From Eledone cirrhosa (lineage: Eukaryota), in NCBI GenBank assembly GCA_964016885.1, contig OZ024743.1, positions 23,126,001 to 23,190,000 of the forward strand: a stretch of DNA of 64,000 bases, written 5' to 3'. Each line of letters begins with the position of its first letter. Within the stretch, counting starts at the first letter, position 1. The translations under genes were made by a program, and so were the position numbers. Positions 52,857 to 64,000 of this stretch are shown here, piece by piece. The notes beneath the pieces are model-generated. The model saw only the letters and a list, made by a program, of their open reading frames with translations, did not search any database and was not told where the DNA came from.

Positions 52857-55800
52857 ATTTACCTATCTACCGGCCTTTCTGGAGAATCGTAAAAGCACAT
52901 ATCGTTATATGCTTTTTCTATGAAAATAAGTAGTGGGCAGACTAATTTGCATAGAGTGTGAGTACGTACCGGTTCAACGGAGACGATAAAAACAAATAAC
53001 GAAACGAAATTAAATTTCGTTTCGTTTGTAACTCACTTTTGTATGACTGACGCTTAAACAATTAAGTTAAAAATGTACATCCGCATATGTATACTGAAAT
53101 ACTAGTATGCATATGAATACACACACGTATACATATGTAGATGTACCAAGTCTTTCACTGGTTACTTTACTGTGAGTATCCAGCTATTCTGTATGTAAAC
53201 ACACAGACAAACCGGTTTTTAGAGTCATACTGGTTTTTGAGGAAACACCTTTCCTCTATTCTTCAGAAAGCCAGACAAGGAACATTGAACTAGTTTCGTT
53301 GTTGTTACAACTCATCAGCAATATTTACCTATCTACCGGCCTTTCTGGAGAATCGTAAAAGCACATATCGTTATATGCTTTTTCTATGAAAATTAGTAGT
53401 GGGCAGACTAATTTGCATAGAGTGTGAGTACGTACCGGTTTAACGGAGACGATAAAAACAAATAACGAAACGAAATTAAATTTCGTTTCGTTTGTAACTC
53501 ACTTTTGTATGACTGACGCTTAAACAATTAAGTTAAAAATGTACATCCGCATATGTATACTGAAATACTAGTATGCATATGAATACACACACGTATACAT
53601 ATGTAGATGTACCAAGTCTTTCACTGGTTACTTTACTGTGAGTATCCAGCTATTCTGTATGTAAACACACAGACAAACCGGTTTTTAGAGTCATACTGGT
53701 TTTTGAGGAAACACCTTTCCTCTATTCTTCAGAAAGCCAGACAAGGAACATTGAACTAGTTTCGTTGTTGTTACAACTCATCAGCAATATTTACCTATCT
53801 ACCGGCCTTTCTGGAGAATCGTAAAAGCACATATCGTTATATGCTTTTTCTATGAAAATTAGTAGTGGGCAGACTAATTTGCATAGAGTGTGAGTACGTA
53901 CCGGTTTAACGGAGACGATAAAAACAAATAACGAAACGAAATTAAATTTCGTTTCGTTTGTAACTCACTTTTGTATGACTGACGCTTAAACAATTAAGTT
54001 AAAAATGTACATCCGCATATGTATACTGAAATACTAGTATGCATATGAATACACACACGTATACATATGTAGATGTACCAAGTCTTTCACTGGTTACTTT
54101 ACTGTGAGTATCCAGCTATTCTGTATGTAAACACACAGACAAACCGGTTTTTAGAGTCAAACCGGTTTTTAGAGTCATACTGGTTTTTGAGGAAACACCT
54201 TTCCTCTATTCTTCAGAAAGCCAGACAAGGAACATTGAACTAGTTTCGTTGTTGTTACAACTCATCAGCAATATTTACCTATCTACCGGCTTTTCTGGAG
54301 AATCGTAAAAGCACATATCGTTATATGCTTTTTCTATGAAAGTAAGTAGTGGGCAGACTAATTTGCATAGAGTGTGAGTACGTACCGGTTCAACGGAGAC
54401 GATAAAAACAAATAACGAAACGAAATTAAATTTCGTTTCGTTTGTAACTCACTTTTGTATGACTGACGCTTAAACAATTAAGTTAAAAATGTACATCCGC
54501 ATATGTATACTGAAATACTAGTATGCATATGAATACACACACGTATACATATGTAGATGTACCAAGTCTTTCACTGGTTACTTTACTGTGAGTATCCAGC
54601 TATTCTGTATGTAAACACACAGACAAACCGGTTTTTAGAGTCATACTGGTTTTTGAGGAAACACCTTTCCTCTATTCTTCAGAAAGCCAGACAAGGAACA
54701 TTGAACTAGTTTCGTTGTTGTTACAACTCATCAGCAATATTTACCTATCTACCGGCCTTTCTGGAGAATCGTAAAAGCACATATCGTTATATGCTTTTTC
54801 TATGAAAATTAGTAGTGGGCAGACTAATTTGCATAGAGTGTGAGTACGTACCGGTTTAACGGAGACGATAAAAACAAATAACGAAACGAAATTAAATTTC
54901 GTTTCGTTTGTAACTCACTTTTGTATGACTGACGCTTAAACAATTAAGTTAAAAATGTACATCCGCATATGTATACTGAAATACTAGTATGCATATGAAT
55001 ACACACACGTATACATATGTAGATGTACCAAGTCTTTCACTGGTTACTTTACTGTGAGTATCCAGCTATTCTGTATGTAAACACACAGACAAACCGGTTT
55101 TTAGAGTCATACTGGTTTTTGAGGAAACACCTTTCCTCTATTCTTCAGAAAGCCAGACAAGGAACATTGAACTAGTTTCGTTGTTGTTACAACTCATCAG
55201 CAATATTTACCTATCTACCGGCCTTTCTGGAGAATCGTAAAAGCACATATCGTTATATGCTTTTTCTATGAAAATTAGTAGTGGGCAGACTAATTTGCAT
55301 AGAGTGTGAGTACGTACCGGTTTAACGGAGACGATAAAAACAAATAACGAAACGAAATTAAATTTCGTTTCGTTTGTAACTCACTTTTGTATGACTGACG
55401 CTTAAACAATTAAGTTAAAAATGTACATCCGCATATGTATACTGAAATACTAGTATGCATATGAATACACACACGTATACATATGTAGATGTACCAAGTC
55501 TTTCACTGGTTACTTTACTGTGAGTATCCAGCTATTCTGTATGTAAACACACAGACAAACCGGTTTTTAGAGTCATACTGGTTTTTGAGGAAACACCTTT
55601 CCTCTATTCTTCAGAAAGCCAGACAAGGAACATTGAACTAGTTTCGTTGTTGTTACAACTCATCAGCAATATTTACCTATCTACCGGCCTTTCTGGAGAA
55701 TCGTAAAAGCACATATCGTTATATGCTTTTTCTATGAAAATAAGTAGTGGGCAGACTAATTTGCATAGAGTGTGAGTACGTACCGGTTCAACGGAGACGA

Positions 55801-58391
55801 TAAAAACAAATAACGAAACGAAATTAAATTTCGTTTCGTTTGTAACTCACTTTTGTATGACTGACGCTTAAACAATTAAGTTAAAAATGTACATCCGCAT
55901 ATGTATACTGAAATACTAGTATGCATATGAATACACACACGTATACATATGTAGATGTACCAAGTCTTTCACTGCTTACTTTACTGTGAGTATCCAGCTA
56001 TTCTGTATGTAAACACACAGACAAACCGGTTTTTAGAGTCATACTGGTTTTTGAGGAAACACCTTTCCTCTATTCTTCAGAAAGCCAGACAAGGAACATT
56101 GAACTAGTTTCGTTGTTGTTACAACTCATCAGCAATATTTACCTATCTACCGGCCTTTCTGGAGAATCGTAAAAGCACATATCGTTATATGCTTTTTCTA
56201 TGAAAATTAGTAGTGGGCAGACTAATTTGCATAGAGTGTGAGTACGTACCGGTTTAACGGAGACGATAAAAACAAATAACGAAACGAAATTAAATTTCGT
56301 TTCGTTTGTAACTCACTTTTGTATGACTGACGCTTAAACAATTAAGTTAAAAATGTACATCCGCATATGTATACTGAAATACTAGTATGCATATGAATAC
56401 ACACACGTATACATATGTAGATGTACCAAGTCTTTCACTGGTTACTTTACTGTGAGTATCCAGCTATTCTGTATGTAAACACACAGACAAACCGGTTTTT
56501 AGAGTCATACTGGTTTTTGAGGAAACACCTTTCCTCTATTCTTCAGAAAGCCAGACAAGGAACATTGAACTAGTTTCGTTGTTGTTACAACTCATCAGCA
56601 ATATTTACCTATCTACCGGCCTTTCTGGAGAATCGTAAAAGCACATATCGTTATATGCTTTTTCTATGAAAATTAGTAGTGGGCAGACTAATTTGCATAG
56701 AGTGTGAGTACGTACCGGTTTAACGGAGACGATAAAAACAAATAACTAAACGAAATTAAATTTCGTTTCGTTTGTAACTCACTTTTGTATGACTGACGCT
56801 TAAACAATTAAGTTAAAAATGTACATCCGCATATGTATACTGAAATACTAGTATGCATATGAATACACACACGTATACATATGTAGATGTACCAAGTCTT
56901 TCACTGGTTACTTTACTGTGAGTATCCAGCTATTCTGTATGTAAACACACAGACAAACCGGTTTTTAGAGTCATACTGGTTTTTGAGGAAACACCTTTCC
57001 TCTATTCTTCAGAAAGCCAGACAAGGAACATTGAACTAGTTTCGTTGTTGTTACAACTCATCAGCAATATTTACCTATCTACCGGCCTTTCTGGAGAATC
57101 GTAAAAGCACATATCGTTATATGCTTTTTCTATGAAAATAAGTAGTGGGCAGACTAATTTGCATAGAGTGTGAGTACGTACCGGTTCAACGGAGACGATA
57201 AAAACAAATAACGAAACGAAATTAAATTTCGTTTCGTTTGTAACTCACTTTTGTATGACTGACGCTTAAACAATTAAGTTAAAAATGTACATCCGCATAT
57301 GTATACTGAAATACTAGTATGCATATGAATACACACACGTATACATATGTAGATGTACCAAGTCTTTCACTGCTTACTTTACTGTGAGTATCCAGCTATT
57401 CTGTATGTAAACACACAGACAAACCGGTTTTTAGAGTCATACTGGTTTTTGAGGAAACACCTTTCCTCTATTCTTCAGAAAGCCAGACAAGGAACATTGA
57501 ACTAGTTTCGTTGTTGTTACAACTCATCAGCAATATTTACCTATCTACCGGCCTTTCTGGAGAATCGTAAAAGCACATATCGTTATATGCTTTTTCTATG
57601 AAAATAAGTAGTGGGCAGACTAATTTGCATAGAGTGTGAGTACGTACCGGTTCAACGGAGACGATAAAAACAAATAACGAAACGAAATTAAATTTCGTTT
57701 CGTTTGTAACTCACTTTTGTATGACTGACGCTTAAACAATTAAGTTAAAAATGTACATCCGCATATGTATACTGAAATACTAGTATGCATATGAATACAC
57801 ACACGTATACATATGTAGATGTACCAAGTCTTTCACTGCTTACTTTACTGTGAGTATCCAGCTATTCTGTATGTAAACACACAGACAAACCGGTTTTTAG
57901 AGTCATACTGGTTTTTGAGGAAACACCTTTCCTCTATTCTTCAGAAAGCCAGACAAGGAACATTGAACTAGTTTCGTTGTTGTTACAACTCATCAGCAAT
58001 ATTTACCTATCTACCGGCCTTTCTGGAGAATCGTAAAAGCACATATCGTTATATGCTTTTTATATGAAAATTAGTAGTGGGCAGACTAATTTGCATAGAG
58101 TGTGAGTACGTACCGGTTCAACGGAGACGATAAAAACAAATAACGAAACGAAATTAAATTTCGTTTCGTTTGTAACTCACTTTTGTATGACTGACGCTTA
58201 AACAATTAAGTTAAAAATGTACATCCGCATATGTTTAATTGCGTTTCGTTATTTGTTTTTATCGTCTCCGTTGAACCGGTACGTACTCACACTCTATGCA
58301 AATTAGTCTGCCCACTACTAATTTTCATAGAAAAAGCATATAACGATATGTGCTTTTACGATTCTCCAGAAAGGCCGGTAGATAGGTAAAT

Positions 58392-58430
58392 ATTGCTGAT
58401 GAGTTGTAACAACAACGAAACTAGTTCAAT
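58392..58430 (+). ncRNA. Type I hammerhead ribozyme in the inverted cap
   Basis: Same motif on the plus strand; stem I extends to ATATTG/CAATGT, then AGG/CCT and CAGAAAG/CTTTCTG. Confidence 0.88.
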
Positions 58431-58721
58431 GTTCCTTGTCTGGCTTTCTGAAGAATAGAGGAAAGGTGTTTTCTCAAAAACCAGTATGACTCTAAAAACC
58501 GGTTTGTCTGTGTGTTTACATACAGAATAGCTGGACACTCACAGTAAAGTGTCCAGTGAAAAACTCGGTACATCTACATATGTACACGTGTGTGTATTCA
58601 TATGCATACTAGTATTTCAGTATACATATGCGGATGTACATTTTTAACTTAATTGTTTAAGCGTCAGTCATACAAAAGTGAGTTACAAACGAAACGAAAT
58701 TTAATTTCGTTTCGTTATTTG

Positions 58722-58774
<53 letters not shown>

Positions 58775-58944
58775 GGAAGGCCAAGTTAGAGGTAACGGTA
58801 ATTTTGACTACTAAGTAGTTAGGTACCAATGTGAAATCCTACCACCTTAATTATCTCCTCCACGACAGATACAGTGATAATATTATAGAAGTGTTGATTT
58901 GATGATGATAATGATGATAATGATGATGATTCTCATTGCCCTCA

Positions 58945-59441
58945 TTATCACCATCTTTATCACCATTATCATCCTTATCACCATTATCATCCTTATCACC
59001 ATTATCATCGTTATCACCATTATCATCTTTATCACCATTATCATCGTTATCACCATTATCATCCTTATCACCATTATCATCCTTATCACCATTATCATCG
59101 TTATCACCATTATCATCGTTATCACCATTATCATCGTTATCACCATTATCATCCTTATCACCATTATCATCGTTATCACCATTATCATCGTTATCACCAT
59201 TATCATCCTTATCACCATTATCATCCTTATCACCATTATCATCGTTATCACCATTATCATCCTTATCACCATTATCATCGTTATCACCATTATCATCGTT
59301 ATCACCATTATCATCGTTATCACCATTATCATCGTTATCACCATTATCATCGTTATCACCATTATCATCGTTATCACCATTATCATCCTTATCACCATTA
59401 TCATCGTTATCACCATTATCATCCTTATCACCATTATCATC
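58945..59441. repeat. 18-bp minisatellite TTATCACCATTATCATC(C/G), ~27 copies
   Basis: Directly visible; derived from (ATC)n. Confidence 0.95.
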
Positions 59442-59646
59442 ATGATTACGGTTGTCGTAGCTTTTCGTTGTTTTCTGAAAAGCTTGTCAAATGTTTTATG
59501 TTCTCCGCGAAACCATTTTGATTCATGCAGAAAATATTTCACTTATTACCTGGTAGCACACTGACCTGTTTTCTTCAACAAAAGCACGTAAAAAACGTAC
59601 TATCCCGATACTCTTTTATCCATATCAGCCTGTCTCTCTCTCTCTC

Positions 59647-59694
<48 letters not shown>

Positions 59695-59871
59695 ACTCTC
59701 TCCCTCTCTTTCTCTCTCTCTTTGCATATATATATATATATATATATAAGTATGTATGTATGTTACTGTACGTCTGTATACATATATGTATGTACGTATA
59801 CATACATACTTACATTTAAGTAAGTGCCGTACTAAGAGTGAGAAATGAAATTTCGTTTCATTCTATTCCAA

Positions 59872-59912
<41 letters not shown>

Positions 59913-59994
59913 TTACATACAGATATATATATATATTATATATATATATATATATGTTGTGTGTGTGTGTTTGTGTATATATATATACTATTAT

Positions 59995-60182
59995 GGTGGA
60001 TTGGCAGTATCGGTAGAGGGTCGGACGCCATGCTTTGACGCATTGAGTTAAGGCCCTTGCCATTCTGAGTTCAAATTCCGCCGAGGTTAACTTTGCCTTT
60101 CATCCTTACGGGGTCGATAAAATAAAGTACCAGTAATGCACTGTGTAATTGCTGGCCTTGTGCCCAAAAGTAGAAACAATTA
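59995..60182 (+). mobile_element. SINE family A
   Basis: Full-length match. Confidence 0.85.
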
Positions 60183-60273
60183 TATTATTAAACGGAAAAA
60201 AGGTTTCAGAGAGGGGAAGGGATATATATATATATCTATTATATATATATATATATTATATATATATATATAT

Positions 60274-60305
<32 letters not shown>

Positions 60306-60803
60306 ATATATATCCCTTCTCCTCTCTTAAATCTTTTTTTTCTTTTAATAATTCCTTTCATGCTCCGTCCTTCCCCTAGATTTCTTGCTATCACTCTAGA
60401 TGTTTTGCCTTCTCATGTTTTTCTATATTCTATTACATCCACTTGAGTCAGAGTTTGTAAGTACTTTATATCAGATATGTAGAAATTGTTACCAAATATA
60501 CCAGTGGTCCTTTTTATAGAAACACTGGTGCTATAAAAATGTCATACTCCAACGTGTGATTTTAAGAAATGTCAGCAAGACTGTAATTTCGTCTCTGTAT
60601 ACATACATACAGGCATACATGCACATAGACCTGCATTCACAAACACACATGTGTATACATATATATATGTGTGTGTCTGTGTGTGTGAGTATACGTATGA
60701 ATATATACTTATGTGTGTATATGCTCGTGCACATACAATATATATATATATATTTGTGTTAAGGTTGCTTGGATGCGTCCATAGGCGGTATGCCGGTTGA
60801 GAA

Positions 60804-60895
<92 letters not shown>

Positions 60896-61248
60896 TTATG
60901 TGAATGTGTATGTATGTGTGTAGTGTGTGTGTGTAAATATATATTACCGTATACGAGAGTGTGTTTATGTGGTGGTTGATTGCTTGTTAGATAACTTGGT
61001 TTAGTTGTGATATTGTAGTAGGAGTTGTGAGATAAGTTGATAAAATTAAATGAGTGATTTATTAGTTGAGTCCATGGCCAGTGAATTAAATGTGTCTCAG
61101 TGAGTCGAGAGAACTGGTGCTATGAAGTCATGGCATGATCAATGAAACCAGTAGTTGTAGTCACTTTTTGTGATGTGATATTGCCAAGGGAAAGAAGATT
61201 TTTCCCAATCGCATTGATATGAATTTACAAATAAACAAGGTAACGCCT

Positions 61249-61430
61249 ATTTGGCAGTATCGCTAGAGCGTCGGACGCCATGCTTTGACGCATAGAGTTA
61301 TGGCCCTTGCCATTCTGAGTTCAAATCCCACCGAGGTTAACTTTGCCTTTCATCCTCACGGGGTCGATAAAATAAAGTACCAGTAATGCACTGGGTAATT
61401 GCTGGCCTTGTGCCAAAAGTAGAAACCATT
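61249..61430 (+). mobile_element. SINE family A
   Basis: Full-length match. Confidence 0.85.
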
Positions 61431-61479
61431 TTTAGATGTTGTGGTTATCGAATTAAGTTGATCAGCAAAGTATTCTCCC

Positions 61480-61660
61480 CGCCTCGCGAAGATGGACCTC
61501 TCTTCAGAGAAAACCCAGACGATCTGCCAGAATATATTATTTACTGATCTAAAGTCAGATTCCAGCTTAACCTCAAAGACCTCCATTGTTTTAACCTTGC
61601 ACACCTTTATTGTCTCTACTGTAACCTTCCGTGACTGCTTGTACAGGGCTTATAACAGTA
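61480..61660 (-). mobile_element. LINE (RTE-like) endonuclease-RT linker fragment
   Basis: YKQSRKVTVETIKVCKVKTMEVFEVKLESDFRSVNNIFWQIV resembles the K...W..F...LE......FW pattern. Confidence 0.45.
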
Positions 61661-62368
61661 TACTGTAATAACCAGCTGTTTCCCAGCCAAGAGAACTGTT
61701 GCAATAATGAGGACATTGTCCTTGCATTTTACATGAGCTATGAAGAATTGCTTGTAAGGTGATAACAGTGTTGATATATATTTCTATTTATCAATTGAAT
61801 TTTTTCTTCTTTGATATAAACTCATTTCATTCTAACAAACGGACCCTCTTACTAGTGAGTCTTCTTACAATAAGGTGGGCCCCAAAGATTGACTCTATAT
61901 GAGCGAGTGGAAGAGGAAAATTTGTAGAAGGTGAGGGTAGAAACATATATGTAAACACACAATAAAACTATTAAAGGAGCGACAGAATTTCCACAGCACG
62001 GGTGTATGGAATTATTTGAACCTGTGATGTGATTGACATTCTGACTCACCATTGTATATAAGGTTATCATAGGTGACTTGGATCAAGATTGACTTCAAGT
62101 AAAACAACAACAAATTTGAGTGATTTTCAACTACTTACTTTAAGGCGTTGGAAGATTTAAGCTCAACTCCCGAATCCTTCCTTGTAACAGAATCCTTCCT
62201 GGTGCACCTCTTCATGATACCTATTACCAGAGGAGTGAATTAAGCCATTTAGAGTTACTGTTGTATTGTGCCTATAATTGTAGATTATTCAATCAGTTAC
62301 AAAGCTTTCTGTTTCCCCCTCTCTCTCTCTCTCACACGCACACTATTTATCTATCCATATATCTATCA

Positions 62369-62454
<86 letters not shown>

Positions 62455-62676
62455 CTCACCCTCCTTCTCTTTCTCTCTCACTTTCTCTCTCTTTCTCTCT
62501 CTTTCTCTCTCTTTCTCTCTCTTTCTCTCTCTTTCTCTCTCCCTCTCTCCCTCCTCTCTCTCTCTCTCTATCTATCTATCTCACTCGCCTTCTCTCTCTC
62601 CCCCTCTCTCTCTCTCGTTGTACTTCTATCTCTGTCATCCTCTCTCTCTCTCCCTCTTTATTCATACAAATACATA

Positions 62677-62885
62677 CGAGAGTAATCCCAAAGGTCTCCA
62701 AAGCGATGGGGACGCAGAAAAACTGTTCGTACGGCTGTTGGCAACACTGTTGTGATTGGTGCTTCCTTCACTCCCAAACAAGCATGCGCGCGCTTCGCTG
62801 GGATGCTCAATCTTGGCTTGGCAGCCGTTGAGAATGGAACTCCCGTTGAACGCTACCGCCAAGTGCGAATTTCGTGCAGTTATTA
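62677..62885 (+). mobile_element. Mariner 5' fragment (degraded TIR, 5' UTR, transposase start)
   Basis: TA-CGAGAGTAATCCCAAAGGTCTCC; MELPLNATAKCEFRAVI. Confidence 0.65.
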
Positions 62886-62889
62886 TATA

Positions 62890-63065
62890 CGAGGGCAATC
62901 CCAAAAGTAAGGTCTCCTTCCGAGGAAAACATGCGTAAAGATCGGTGGATCACTCTGGATGCTCTCTGCACTTGGGTTCCAGAGGTTTCCCGAAGTACCA
63001 TCCAGAGGATTTTAACGGAAAAGTTGCAATATTGGAAGGAGACCTTACTTTTGGGATTGCCCTCG
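62890..63065 (+). mobile_element. Mariner-derived MITE with perfect 32-bp TIRs and TA TSD
   Basis: TIR CGAGGGCAATCCCAAAAGTAAGGTCTCCTTCC; interior DRWITLDAL...VSRSTIQRILTEKL (mariner HTH). Confidence 0.85.
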
Positions 63066-63732
63066 TATATATAGGTACATACATGGACACACGTATTCAC
63101 ACACACATGCGTAATTGCGTGTGTGTGTTCATGTATGATTTCGTTATATCAAAGTAGAGATGATATAGAGTACAGCGTGTTAAATAAACATGTGTCACGG
63201 ACAAGATTGTTCGCTTCACCGGCTGTTTGCTACCTGTATTTAGATTACTTTATTATATATATCAATGATGATATACGTTATACGGCTTCTTCTCTGATTG
63301 GCTCTGTGTGCCAATGAAGTTTTTGTCGCTTTGCCTATGTGTGTGTCTGTGTGGGTGTAAGTGTGTTATGGGAGGTGTAAGTCTCTGTGTGTGTGTGTGT
63401 GTTTGTGTGGGTGTAAGTCTGTGTGTGTGTGTGCTTGTGTGTAAGTGTGTGTGCTTGTGTGTAAGTGTGTGTGTATGTCTGTGAGCGTGTGTGTATGTCT
63501 GTGAGCGTGTGTTAATGCACATGCATGCAGCCATCTGTCTACCTTGATTCTCTCACTTAGTGGCCTTGATTCACTTTCAAAGCTATGATGAACAAAAGTA
63601 ACAGATGGCAACGGGACATACGAAAGTAGCATTAAATATAGTCAATTCATCAGTTTATAATGTCACAGTTAATATTATATTATAATTTGGTAGTATCAGT
63701 AGAGGGTTGGACGCCTTTCTGTTCGGACTTGG

Positions 63733-63924
63733 TATACCTGTCAACTACCCCTGTCCAACGGGGAGATTTCCCACCCACTTTGGGGTAGATGAAGGATGTC
63801 TTCTCTTGTGAAAATGGGTATAGCTTTCATTATGTAAAATCTCCCCTTTTGCCTTATTTCTCCTCGTTTGCGGCTACTTTATTTCATGGTACTCCCTGTT
63901 TGGGTTTTGAGGCTGGCAGCTCTG
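63733..63924 (-). mobile_element. MITE family M3 (diverged)
   Basis: Shared body with 23348-23559. Confidence 0.7.
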
Positions 63925-64000
63925 TGTGTTTCACAGACACATACTCAGAAACACACTCATGCAACTATATTAATGTAAAGTAGACAGTATGAGACTTGAC

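Larger units (their letters stand above)
52594..58727 (-). mobile_element. Retrozyme-like non-autonomous element: 12 tandem 466-bp units + 31-bp partial unit + inverted ~493-bp cap, inserted in (TA)n
   Basis: Unit starts at 52594, 53060, 53526, 53992, 54476, 54942, 55408, 55874, 56340, 56806, 57272, 57738 and 58204 (partial). Unit 4 has an 18-bp duplication. The inverted copy spans 58235-58727. One HHR per unit; no substantial ORF. Confidence 0.9.

Noticed and set aside
52594-58234. CRISPR array or ordinary satellite
   Set aside because: There are no unique spacers or cas genes and the context is eukaryotic. The per-unit HHR, inverted cap and dispersed solo copy point to a retroelement origin.
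58883-59564. ORFs of 169-221 aa
   Set aside because: Translations of the 18-bp minisatellite, open in several frames on both strands.

Overview
This is repeat-dominated, AT-rich eukaryotic (metazoan) DNA. The SINE, microsatellite and Penelope landscape suggests a cephalopod such as Octopus, but that is an inference. No intact host gene is recognisable; there are only two weak candidate exons. The window holds the 3' part of a dead Helitron (1-2720) and several Penelope-like retroelements (PLEs): a near-complete frameshifted RT+GIY-YIG element at 31.5-36.0 kb, two copies of a second family at 4.7-6.2 and 49.6-51.7 kb, and an old RT relic at 23-24.9 kb. It also holds RTE- and CRE-type LINE fragments, many tRNA-derived SINEs, hAT-type and mariner MITEs, and micro/minisatellites. 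The dominant pattern is a population of (TA)n-embedded foldback insertions, built as tail + inverted pseudo-LTR + 5'-truncated copy, many carrying minimal type I hammerhead ribozyme (HHR) motifs. The standout is a non-coding retrozyme-like element at 52594-58727. It has 12 head-to-tail 466-bp units, each with an HHR, capped by an inverted monomer. A solo relative at 38915-39200 has the same termini and is truncated about 6 nt from the predicted self-cleavage site. All coordinates were read by eye and may be off by a few bases.
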